Origin: Pusillimonas caeni
GTDB taxonomy: Bacteria > Pseudomonadota > Gammaproteobacteria > Burkholderiales > Burkholderiaceae_B
DNA: 24,000 nucleotides
Reading direction: 5' to 3'
Assembly (NCBI RefSeq): GCF_003545815.1
Contig: NZ_PDUW01000010.1
Coordinates: forward strand, 26,725-50,724
Part shown: positions 1 to 8,400 of the stretch, in pieces
How the letters are laid out: every line of letters begins with the position of its first letter
How positions within the stretch are numbered: the first letter of the stretch is position 1
Translations under genes and position numbers: made by a program
Notes under the pieces: model-generated
Seen by the model: the letters and a program-made list of their open reading frames with translations, nothing else
Database searches by the model: none
What the model was told of the DNA's origin: nothing

Positions 1-1477
1 TCTGTCCCGGATCGGTGAGGTAAGGCAGGATGCCGACCGAATCGATGGTATGGGGCACTTCTTTATGCGCATCGAGGCCGGCCAGTTCGCCGAAGAACTG
101 GAACAGATCCACCATATTGACCATATGATCGACTTCGCGATCGGGCTGTACCACTTGCGGTCCGGCGATGATGAGCGGGTCCCATACCCCGGTCTGGTAG
201 GCGCTGCCCTTGGCCCGGCTGGGGTCGAAAGGCAGCTTGACGGCGGTGGCCAGAGAGCCGTTGTCGCCGACGATGACGATGACGGTATTGCTCGCCTTGG
301 GATCGTAGTCAAGGCTGCCGTCGTCGTTATATTTGGCAATGCCGGTCTCGACCAGCAGGCGGCCGAATTCGGTGTCCATGGCTTCGATCATGCGGTCTTG
401 AATGACACGCACGCCCAATGGGCTGTCGCTGTCGCCGTTGGTGCAGCTAAGCGCGTCGAGCGGACTCATGCCGCTGGGAGCCAGCGGCACCAGGCTCTTG
501 GGAGGCTGCTGCCAAGGCGTGTGGGCGGCGCTGTAGCTCACCGTGGCCATCCAGGGCTTATTGGCGGGGCGTGCATTGATCCACTCGATGGCGGCGTCGG
601 TCTCGATGGTGGTGCGGTAGCCGCGGGCGCGCGGGTCCGCCAGATCCACTTTTTCGGTCTCGCCGTTTTCGATGATGACCAGAGGCGAAACGTAGTAGGC
701 GTTCTCTTTGTTGAAGTTGGGCGTGAAGGTAGGCGTACCGCACGTGGTTTCGGGATCGAAGACCCCGCCGGATGCGATGCATTGCAGGCCCGCCGCGTCT
801 TCAAGAAGCGGATTGCTGGTAATGACTTTGCAGCTTCCATCAGGCTGATAGCAGGCGCCGGTGTCGGCCCCGCCCTGTTGCTTGGCGCCGGGAACGAAGC
901 CGCACATATACGTGCCTTCTGTGGCGTAACCGCCGGCGGTGCTGTCGTTGGAGCCGGGCAGCCCGCCCACCCAGCCGTAGAAATAATCCCATCCGAGCAC
1001 GCTGGGCATGGAATTTTCCGCCTGGTTGTTTTCGGGGCCGCCCAGGTGGAACTTGCCGAACATGCCGCTTTCATAGCCCGCCCGCTTGAGCAGCTTGGGC
1101 GCGGTAACGTCGTAGGGCGACAGGTGGGCCGTGGCCAGGTCATTGGGGCCGATCGCCTGGTTGATGCCGGTGCGAAGCGGATACCGGCCCACGAACATGG
1201 CCGCTCGGCCCGGAGAGCATTCGGGCATGGACCAGGTATTGCGAAAGCGTACGCCGGCATGGGCCACGGCGTTTATGTTGGGCAGTATGGGGAACATTTG
1301 CCCCCCATAGCCAAAGACCTTCATCTGATCGATGCCGACGTCGTCCATGATGACGAACAGAATGTTTGGCCCGGCGGCGGTGTCGTTGCTGGAACCCCCT
1401 CCTCCTCCGCTATTGCACCCGGCAAGAGCGAGCGCGGCCAAACCTGCCGCGCATAGGGCTGGAACTGTCTTCTTCAA
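1..1477 (-). CDS. Sulfatase-family (arylsulfatase-like) lipoprotein, C-terminus cut by the window edge
   Basis: Absent from the ORF track because it runs off the left edge. The reverse-strand reading from TTG at 1477 (GGAG 8 nt upstream) gives (M)KKTVPALCAAGLAALALAGC with an LAGC lipobox. It continues with NILFVIMDDVGIDQ, CSPGRAAMFVGRYP (sulfatase C-x-P-x-R formylglycine motif), GMFGKFHLG and VIVIVGDNGS, and stays open to position 1. The listed 50..1456 + ORF is its antisense shadow. Confidence 0.8.
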   Translation of the reverse strand, partial: MKKTVPALCAAGLAALALAGCNSGGGGGSSNDTAAGPNILFVIMDDVGIDQMKVFGYGGQMFPILPNINAVAHAGVRFRNTWSMPECSPGRAAMFVGRYPLRTGINQAIGPNDLATAHLSPYDVTAPKLLKRAGYESGMFGKFHLGGPENNQAENSMPSVLGWDYFYGWVGGLPGSNDSTAGGYATEGTYMCGFVPGAKQQGGADTGACYQPDGSCKVITSNPLLEDAAGLQCIASGGVFDPETTCGTPTFTPNFNKENAYYVSPLVIIENGETEKVDLADPRARGYRTTIETDAAIEWINARPANKPWMATVSYSAAHTPWQQPPKSLVPLAPSGMSPLDALSCTNGDSDSPLGVRVIQDRMIEAMDTEFGRLLVETGIAKYNDDGSLDYDPKASNTVIVIVGDNGSLATAVKLPFDPSRAKGSAYQTGVWDPLIIAGPQVVQPDREVDHMVNMVDLFQFFGELAGLDAHKEVPHTIDSVGILPYLTDPGQ

Positions 1478-1597
1478 AATTATTCTCCAGTACTTGGCGG
1501 CGTCGCGGCACAACTCGTGAGTCGCCGTTCAAAACGCTGAAAATCGTAACAGATTTCCTTTGGGCGGAGATAGTTAAAATTTTGGTGCAGCGCACAC

Positions 1598-1619
1598 GGC
1601 GCCGCGATGACGCGGCGCC
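1598..1619 (-). terminator. GC-rich hairpin downstream of the YdeP-like gene (weak terminator candidate)
   Basis: GGCGCCGCG (1598-1606) and CGCGGCGCC (1611-1619) form a perfect 9-bp stem with a 4-nt loop, 25 nt past the stop at 1644. No U-tract follows directly on the minus strand; a run of A/T starts about 15 nt later. Support is therefore weak. Confidence 0.3.
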
Positions 1620-1643
1620 GCACACCCCCGACGGCTCTTCTTC

Positions 1644-3983
1644 TTATAAAGCGCCGGCCTGCTGCACCACCCTCACCGGAATGGACTTGCCCGCGGGCAC
1701 GCGACTGGCGTGGGCGTGATGCCATACCGGCAGCAATACATTGCATTCGGGATAGTAGGCGGCGCAACAACCCTCGGGTATGTCATAAGGCACCACCTTC
1801 AATTCGCCTACGCGGCGTTCGGCGCCGTCGTCCGCCGCTGTACGCAGCGCGACGCTGTCGCCTTCGGCAAGGCCCAGTCTTTCCATGTCGGCCCGGTTCA
1901 TGAACACCACCTGCCTGGTTCCGGAGACGCCGCGGAAGCGATCTTCATATCCATAGATGGTGGTATTGAACTGATCGTTGCTGCGCAGCGTCATGAGCTG
2001 CATGACGCCTTCTTCGTCCAGGCTCTCCGGCCGCAGCGCGGTCAGATTGGCGGGCACCGTGAACTGCGCCCTGCCCGAGTCGGTATGCCATATCCGCTCG
2101 CGCGGGCCATTCGTCAGCGGAAAGCCGCCCGGTTCCCACAGTCTGTCATTGAAGCGGGAGAAACGCTGTGGATAGGTGGCTTCGATGGCGTCGCGCACGC
2201 GGGCATAGTCCTGCGTCCATTCGAGCCATGGCACCTTGGCATGGGACAGCCGTCCCACGGCCAGGGCGATGTGGGCGATGATGGCGACTTCGGACATCAG
2301 CCGCTGATCCGCCGGCGCCTTGCGCCCCCGCGAACCGTGTACGCAGGAGGTGCTGTCCTCGATTGAAACGGCTTGCGGGACGTTGCGCTGTTCGTCGATT
2401 TCGGTGCGGCCCAGGCAAGGCAGCAGGTAGGATGCCTTGCCGGGGAACAGGTGGCTGCGGTTCAGTGTCGTGGTGATGTGTACGGTCAGGTCCAGCGCCG
2501 GCCATGCCGCCTCCAGCGCCTGGGTGTCGGGCGCAGCGCGCACGAAGTTGCCGCCCAGCCCGACGAAGCCACGCACGGAACCGTCGATGACGCCTTCACA
2601 CACGCCCACGGTGTCGCGCCCCTTCTGCCGCGGAGCCTGGAATTCATACAGTTGTTCGAGCCGGTCCAGCGGGGCCAGTTCGGGTTTCTCGGTAATGCCG
2701 ACGCTGCGCTGGCCCTGGACGTTGGAATGTCCGCGCACCGGGCAGATGCCGGCGCCGGCCTTGCCGATGTTGCCGCGCATCAGGGCGAGATTGACCAGCA
2801 TGCGCACGTTGTCCACTCCGCCCACATGCTGGGTCAGGCCCATGCCGTACACCAGCAGCACGCTGTCCGCTTTCTCGTAGATCAGGGCGGCGTCCTCCAG
2901 CGCGGCGCGCGTCAGGCCGCTGTGTCGCTCGATATCCGGCCACTTCGTATCGCGCAGGTAGTGCGCAAATGCCTCGAAGCCGCTGGTGTGCCGCTCGATG
3001 AAGTCGGTGTCCAGCACTGGTGTGGCCGAGCCGTCGCCCGCCCGGACGTCGTGGCGTTGAAGCAAGGCCTTGCACAGCCCCGTGACGGCGGCAATGTCGC
3101 CGCCCAACCGCAACTGGTGATAATGGGAGCTGACCGGCGTGCTTTCGGCCCCAAGCATCTGCGTGGGCCGCTGCGGATTGCGGAACAGTTCGAGCCCACG
3201 TTCGCGCAACGGATTGAAAGTGACGATGGGCACGCCTCTTTCGCTTGCCGCCTGCAGCTCATGCAGCATGCGAGGACTGTTGCTGCCGACGTTCTGGCCA
3301 AAGAAGAAAATGGCGTGAGTCTGGCGGAAATCCTCGAGCCGCACGCTGCCCACGCCCAGTCCTATGGTTTCCTTCAGGCCCACCGAGGTCGACTCGTGGC
3401 ACATATTGGAGCTGTCGGGCAGATTGTTCGTCCCATAGATGCGCGCCATCAGCTGGTACATATAGGATGCCTCGAGCGAGGCGCGTCCCGATGTGTAGAA
3501 GATGACCGAATCCGGCTCCAGGCGGCCGAGATGCGCGCCGATCTCGGCAAAGGCCTGCTCCCATGGAATGGGCCGGTAACGGTCCGATTCGGGATCCCAG
3601 GCCATGGGCTCCACCAGCCTGCCCTTGTTTTCCAGCTGATGATCGCTCCATCGGCGCAATGCCGCCACCGAGTGATCGGCGAAGAAGCCGGCGTCGATCT
3701 TGTGCGAGGTGCCTTCCCACGCAGTGGCCTTGGCCCCGTTCTCGCAGAACTCGAAGGTGTGCGAGTCGGCCGGCTTGGCCCAAGCACAGCTTACACATGC
3801 GACGCCGCCCGTTTTGTTCTGCCGCGGCAGCACCGTGGCCGCCGCCGTTGCCGCCCCGGTCCTGGCGAAGATGTCGGTCAATGCGCGCACCGACCCCCAG
3901 CCGCCCGCCGAGCCCTCGTAGGGACTCGCCTTGTCTTGATGATCGCCGGCATAGGGGCCGGCATCCCGATCTGTTTTAGTCAT
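1644..3983 (-). CDS. FdhF/YdeP-family molybdopterin oxidoreductase (779 aa)
   Basis: The 807-aa track ORF matches the YdeP-like family along its length: N-terminal PYEGSAGGWGSV, CVSCAWAKP, a molybdopterin oxidoreductase core, and a C-terminal molybdopterin-binding barrel. I place the start at ATG 3983 (MTKTDRD...), which has GGGGAA upstream. The upstream ATG at 4067 adds 28 residues that look non-conserved. Confidence 0.85.
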   Translation of the reverse strand: MTKTDRDAGPYAGDHQDKASPYEGSAGGWGSVRALTDIFARTGAATAAATVLPRQNKTGGVACVSCAWAKPADSHTFEFCENGAKATAWEGTSHKIDAGFFADHSVAALRRWSDHQLENKGRLVEPMAWDPESDRYRPIPWEQAFAEIGAHLGRLEPDSVIFYTSGRASLEASYMYQLMARIYGTNNLPDSSNMCHESTSVGLKETIGLGVGSVRLEDFRQTHAIFFFGQNVGSNSPRMLHELQAASERGVPIVTFNPLRERGLELFRNPQRPTQMLGAESTPVSSHYHQLRLGGDIAAVTGLCKALLQRHDVRAGDGSATPVLDTDFIERHTSGFEAFAHYLRDTKWPDIERHSGLTRAALEDAALIYEKADSVLLVYGMGLTQHVGGVDNVRMLVNLALMRGNIGKAGAGICPVRGHSNVQGQRSVGITEKPELAPLDRLEQLYEFQAPRQKGRDTVGVCEGVIDGSVRGFVGLGGNFVRAAPDTQALEAAWPALDLTVHITTTLNRSHLFPGKASYLLPCLGRTEIDEQRNVPQAVSIEDSTSCVHGSRGRKAPADQRLMSEVAIIAHIALAVGRLSHAKVPWLEWTQDYARVRDAIEATYPQRFSRFNDRLWEPGGFPLTNGPRERIWHTDSGRAQFTVPANLTALRPESLDEEGVMQLMTLRSNDQFNTTIYGYEDRFRGVSGTRQVVFMNRADMERLGLAEGDSVALRTAADDGAERRVGELKVVPYDIPEGCCAAYYPECNVLLPVWHHAHASRVPAGKSIPVRVVQQAGAL

Positions 3984-4200
3984 GAGTTTTTCCCCGTCGA
4001 ACGAGCCCGCGGGACAGCAAGCGTCATGCCTCGAAGGCGGCGCTTTGCTCCGGTGCCTGCTGTACATTCGCTATGTGGCCGCTGTGATCCGAGGGGATGG
4101 GAACATCTCTTGCTGGCGTGCGACGAGACGGCGCACCGAGCGGGCGAAAAAAGCCCTGCGGCGCCTAAGACAAAAAAGCGGCGGGGAGGATGGAGAACAG

Positions 4201-4755
4201 ATGACCTGGTTGAAGGGCGTGCACGTCATAGCGATTATTTTCTGGAGCGCCTCCTTGATCTACCTGCCCATCCTGATGGCCGGCCATAATCCGAGGTTGT
4301 CCAACCCGACGTACCTGCGCCTGCACGGCATGGTGCGCAACCTTTATGTCTGGATCGCGTCGCCCTTCGCCCTTCTGGCCATCATCAGCGGCACGGCCCT
4401 GATACCGCTGCGCGAAGTCACGGCCCCGTGGTTCGCGCTGAAGCTGCTTTTCGTTGCCGCGCTCGCCATCATCCATGCGCGCTGCGGCGTCATCCTGGCC
4501 AAACAGAGCCATACCGCCGAGCGGGCGAATGCGCTCGTGCGAGTCATGCGCATCGCCTTGCCCATCATTCTCTTTCCATGTGTACTGTGGCTAGTGCTGG
4601 CCAAGCCGCGCCTGGAGTTCGAACCACAGCCGCGCTTACGCTTCTTTCACGCCGACACGCTCCTCGAACACCAGCTTGCCGCCGAGCCATCCGGCCGCCG
4701 AGACCAGCAGGAAGCCCAGAAAGGACATGCCGATGCCCCACGGATACAGGGCTGA
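4201..4755 (+). CDS. HemJ/CopD-like (UPF0093-type) polytopic membrane protein
   Basis: ATG 4201 is preceded by GGAGGATGGAGAA. The N-terminus MTWLKGVHVIAIIFWSASLIYLPIL resembles the HemJ-family start (W-x-K-x-x-H...YLP). About four hydrophobic helices follow. The last ~40 codons are hydrophilic and overlap the convergent DUF2231 gene. Confidence 0.55.
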   Translation: MTWLKGVHVIAIIFWSASLIYLPILMAGHNPRLSNPTYLRLHGMVRNLYVWIASPFALLAIISGTALIPLREVTAPWFALKLLFVAALAIIHARCGVILAKQSHTAERANALVRVMRIALPIILFPCVLWLVLAKPRLEFEPQPRLRFFHADTLLEHQLAAEPSGRRDQQEAQKGHADAPRIQG

Positions 4756-5106
4756 AACCGGATCGGACAGCCGCATGAACCAGTTCAGAAAAGCGACCGA
4801 CAGCAGCATCACCGCCACCACGAAATGGCTCCAGGCCGCCGCGCGCCGGCGGATGGAGCCGATGATGAGCATTTCGGCCGCGCCGATCATGCCCGCGGCC
4901 ACGCCCATGAAGGTTCCCGCGCCCAGCAGCCAGAGGGAAAGGCGAGCCCAGAACTCGTCCAGCGTTACTAGAAAGGCCAGGTCCGTGGCCAGCGCCGTGA
5001 TCAGGAAAGCAATGGGAAAAGGCACCACCATGGGGTGCAGCGGATGGCTGCCCAGCGCCACCGCGGTATGTGTTTGCTCTGGCTTGCGCCGAAAAAAAAG
5101 TCTCAT
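4636..5106 (-). CDS. DUF2231-type membrane protein
   Basis: 156-aa ORF with AAGGAA 8 nt upstream of ATG 5106. The HPLHPMVVPFPIAF motif and four TM segments are typical of DUF2231 proteins, which are often found next to respiratory oxidase genes. Confidence 0.75.
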   Translation of the reverse strand: MRLFFRRKPEQTHTAVALGSHPLHPMVVPFPIAFLITALATDLAFLVTLDEFWARLSLWLLGAGTFMGVAAGMIGAAEMLIIGSIRRRAAAWSHFVVAVMLLSVAFLNWFMRLSDPVSALYPWGIGMSFLGFLLVSAAGWLGGKLVFEERVGVKEA

Positions 5107-5185
5107 GGTTCGTTTCCTTCGTCCCCTGGTCAGGCGACGCCAGCAAACAGCATACCTTCATCGGCCCTCGTTATTTCGTCAACGC

Positions 5186-5926
5186 TTGCCTTTTCGGGGC
5201 CGCCATGGTGGATCGCCGCCGCGCGGGCGCTCTTCCCTTTGCCGGCATGTATGGCTCGCCGCGCCGGCGGCAGTCCTGGCTGGCTGCGACCGCACCCCCC
5301 TATCCGCCCTGAATCCTGCCAGCGAGCAGGCGGGTCATGTTGCCGATGTGTGGCAAGCCATGGCCTGGGGCAGCCTGTCGGTCCTGTTGATGATGCTGGC
5401 CCTGGTGTTTCTGGCCATCCGCGCGCGTTCGAGCGGCCGGCCGGGACGCCGGCCCTTGTGGCTGCTGCTGGGCGGCGGCGTCCTGTTTCCCCTGAGCGTC
5501 ATGGCGGCCTTGCTGGCCTACGCCTATCTTGCCGCGCCCGCGCAGGGCGAGCCCGCATACCGGGTGCAGGTGACCGGCCATCGCTGGTGGTGGGAAGTGC
5601 GCTACCCCGATGCGCCCGGCGCGGCGCGTTATTCGGCCAACGTCCTGCACGTGCCGCGCGGCGTGCCGGTATTGATCGAGCTCGGTGCATCGGACGTCAT
5701 ACACGGTTTCTGGGTGCCCAGGCTGGGCGGCAAGATGGACGCCATTCCGGGCCGGCTCAACAAGCTCGTCTATACCGCCGAGGAGGCAGGCGTCTATCAG
5801 GGCCAGTGCGCCGAGTACTGCGGCATCGGACACGCGGCAATGCCTTTTCAGGTGGTGGCGCATAACGAGGCGGAGCTTTCCCGGGTGCTTGACTCGCTGC
5901 CCACCCACAGCCAGGGGTCGCCATGA
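5186..5926 (+). CDS. coxB: Cytochrome c oxidase subunit II (CuA subunit, no fused cytochrome c domain); start uncertain
   Basis: CuA ligand pattern DVIHGFWVP...CAEYCGIGHAAM, two TM helices, and an LAGC lipobox followed by LSALNPAS..VADVW, which is typical of this subunit II subfamily. The only in-frame canonical start upstream of the lipobox is TTG 5186, which has a poor SD. In-frame GTG 5348 and ATG 5360 would remove the lipobox. The stop overlaps the next gene as ATGA (5923-5926). Confidence 0.75.
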   Translation: MPFRGRHGGSPPRGRSSLCRHVWLAAPAAVLAGCDRTPLSALNPASEQAGHVADVWQAMAWGSLSVLLMMLALVFLAIRARSSGRPGRRPLWLLLGGGVLFPLSVMAALLAYAYLAAPAQGEPAYRVQVTGHRWWWEVRYPDAPGAARYSANVLHVPRGVPVLIELGASDVIHGFWVPRLGGKMDAIPGRLNKLVYTAEEAGVYQGQCAEYCGIGHAAMPFQVVAHNEAELSRVLDSLPTHSQGSP

Positions 5927-8400
5927 GGGAAGCCCCCGACAACGCCGCCTTGCATCGCGCCCTCGATGAGCATTGGCGGTCGCCGCAGGGTTGGCGCGGC
6001 TGGTCGGCAGTCAACCACACGGCCATGGGCCGCCGGTTCATGGTCGCCGCCTTGTGTTTCTTTCTGGTGGGCGGCGTGCTGGCCATGCTGATCCGGGCCC
6101 AGCTGGCGACTTCGCACAGCGGCTTTCTGGACAGCGAACTGTACAGCCAGATCTTCACCATGCACGGCACGGTGATGATGTTCCTGTTCGCCATTCCGAT
6201 GCTCGAAGGCTTCGCCTTCTACCTGCTGCCCAAGATGCTGGGCGCCCGCGACCTGGCGTTTCCGCGCTTGGGCGCCTATGCCTGGTGGTGCTATCTGTTC
6301 GGCGGGCTCATCCTGATGGCGGGCATGGCGCTGGGGCTGGCGCCTTCCAGCGGCTGGTTCATGTACACGCCGCTGTCCGGCAGGCAATACACGCCCGGCA
6401 TCAACAGCGACATCTGGCTGATAGGCATCACTTTCGCGGAGATTTCCGCACTATGCGGCGCCGTCGAGCTGATCGCCACCATACTCAAGATGCGGGCCCC
6501 CGGCATGAGCCTGGCGCGCATGCCGCTATTCGCCTGGTACATGCTGGTGACGGCGGGCATGATCCTGGTCGGGTTTCCGCCGCTGATTCTGGGCAGCATC
6601 CTGCTCGAACTCGAGCGCGCATTCGGCCTGCCCTTCTTCACCGTGGAGCTCGGCGGCGACAATCTTCTCTGGCAGCACCTGTTCTGGATGTTCGGACACC
6701 CGGAGGTCTACATCATCTTTCTTCCCGCGGCGGGGCTGGTGTCCACGATGATTCCCACTTTCGCGCGGCATCCGATCGTCGGCCACGCCTGGGTGGTGAA
6801 CGGCGTGGTGGCCATGGGCTTTCTCAGTTTCGGGCTATGGGTGCACCACATGTTCACCGTGGGCATCCCGCAATTGAGCCTGGCCTTCTTTTCGGCGGCC
6901 AGCATGCTGGTGGCCGTGCCCACCGCAATCCAGTTCTTCGCCTGGATCGCCACCCTGTGGTCGGGCAGCGTGCGCCTGCGCCTGCCCATGCTTTATCTGG
7001 GCGGCTTTCTGGTGATCTTCGTGCTGGGCGGCCTGACGGGCGTGATGGTGGCGCTCATACCCTTCAACGTACAGGTGCACGACACCCACTTCATCGTGGC
7101 CCACATGCACTATGTGCTCATCGGCGGCGCCGTGTTTCCGCTGATGGCGGCCACCTACTACTGGATGCCGCATCTGTCGGGACGCATGCCGTCCGCGCGT
7201 CTGGGGTCCACGGCCTTCTGGTTCGTGTTCGCGGGCTTCAATCTTACCTTTCTGCCCATGCACCTGACCGGCTTGCTGGGCATGCCGCGCCGCATCTTCG
7301 CCTATGCCGAGGATTCGGGCTGGGACACGCTCAATCTGCTCAGCAGCCTGGGCGGGTTCATCCAAGCGATCGGCTTCGGCATCTTCCTGCTCGACATCGT
7401 CCTGCATGCGCGCAAAGGCGATCCCGCGCGTCACAATCCCTGGCGCGCCGGCACCCTGGAATGGGCCATGCCCATGCCCCCGCCTTCGTACAACTTCGCA
7501 AGCATTCCCGAGATACGCGGCCGTTATCCCCTGTGGGACGAGCCGGAACTGAACGACGACATCGAAGAAGGCCGCATGTGGCTGGCCGCCTGCCCGCCGC
7601 CCACCCGGCAAACTCTCAGCGTGGACGTCATCACCGGCGAGCCGCGCAGCGTGATCCATCTGCCGGGGCCTACCTGGATGCCTCTGTATTGCGGCATCGC
7701 CACCGCGGTGTTCTTTCTGGCATTGCTTTTCAAGGGTTACGCCGTCGCCCTGGCCGGCGCGGCCGTCACCGTCCTGCTCTTCGCCTGCTGGGCATGGCAG
7801 CTGGCCCCCAAGGGCCGTCCGCCCCGCGTCGATGCGAGCCCGGGCATCGACCTGCCGGGGCATTGGGCCGCCAGGGGATCGCCCGGCTGGTGGGGCATGG
7901 CCTGTGCTCTGGCGGCCGACGCCACGCTGTTGGCCTCTCTGATCTTCGGCTGCCTGTTCCTGAACCTGTACGCGCCCAATTGGCCGCCGCCGCACTGGCT
8001 GGAACCGGCTCCCTGGCTTGCGGGCATACTGGCTGCGGCATTGGCCGGCCTGCTCGCCACCGCGCTTGCCCGGCCCGCCGCCAGCCGGGCGATCGGCCTG
8101 GAGGCGGCCGCCGCCGTCTGCGCCGCCGTGGCGCTGGCGGCCGTGGTACTGCTCGTCCGGCAAGTGGGATCGCCCAGTCAGCATGCCTATCTGGCGTTGA
8201 TGCTGGTGGTGCTGATCTACATGGGGGTGCACCTCGGCGCGGCCCTCATCATGTCCCTGTACGGTTTGTGCCGGCGCGTCCGGCACAGCCACGCGGTGTG
8301 CGACGAAGAATTGCGCATCGCGTCGCTGTGGACGGGCTATACGGGACTCAGCGGGCTGGGGCTGCTGGCCCTGATGCTCTTAATGCGGGGCTCGCCATGA
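5923..8400 (+). CDS. ctaD: Cytochrome c oxidase subunit I with ~290-aa polytopic C-terminal extension (fused subunit I + III-like)
   Basis: 825 aa. Heme-copper oxidase signatures are present: WMFGHPEVYIIFLP, WVHHMFTVG and HFIVAHMHYVLIGG. After about residue 540 there are 6-7 further hydrophobic helices. That fits the fused I+III architecture, but the III assignment is inferred from topology only. Confidence 0.9.
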   Translation: MREAPDNAALHRALDEHWRSPQGWRGWSAVNHTAMGRRFMVAALCFFLVGGVLAMLIRAQLATSHSGFLDSELYSQIFTMHGTVMMFLFAIPMLEGFAFYLLPKMLGARDLAFPRLGAYAWWCYLFGGLILMAGMALGLAPSSGWFMYTPLSGRQYTPGINSDIWLIGITFAEISALCGAVELIATILKMRAPGMSLARMPLFAWYMLVTAGMILVGFPPLILGSILLELERAFGLPFFTVELGGDNLLWQHLFWMFGHPEVYIIFLPAAGLVSTMIPTFARHPIVGHAWVVNGVVAMGFLSFGLWVHHMFTVGIPQLSLAFFSAASMLVAVPTAIQFFAWIATLWSGSVRLRLPMLYLGGFLVIFVLGGLTGVMVALIPFNVQVHDTHFIVAHMHYVLIGGAVFPLMAATYYWMPHLSGRMPSARLGSTAFWFVFAGFNLTFLPMHLTGLLGMPRRIFAYAEDSGWDTLNLLSSLGGFIQAIGFGIFLLDIVLHARKGDPARHNPWRAGTLEWAMPMPPPSYNFASIPEIRGRYPLWDEPELNDDIEEGRMWLAACPPPTRQTLSVDVITGEPRSVIHLPGPTWMPLYCGIATAVFFLALLFKGYAVALAGAAVTVLLFACWAWQLAPKGRPPRVDASPGIDLPGHWAARGSPGWWGMACALAADATLLASLIFGCLFLNLYAPNWPPPHWLEPAPWLAGILAAALAGLLATALARPAASRAIGLEAAAAVCAAVALAAVVLLVRQVGSPSQHAYLALMLVVLIYMGVHLGAALIMSLYGLCRRVRHSHAVCDEELRIASLWTGYTGLSGLGLLALMLLMRGSP

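Noticed and set aside
50-1456. 468-aa plus-strand ORF
   Set aside because: Its translation has no recognisable family motifs and is rich in G/A/V/R, as expected for an antisense reading of GC-rich coding DNA. The opposite strand encodes a clear sulfatase with the C-x-P-x-R motif.
2373-4289. 638-aa plus-strand ORF and several 100-200-aa ORFs across 1700-4000
   Set aside because: These are antisense or alternate-frame shadows of the YdeP-like oxidoreductase gene, with Arg/Ala/Gly/Pro-rich low-complexity translations.
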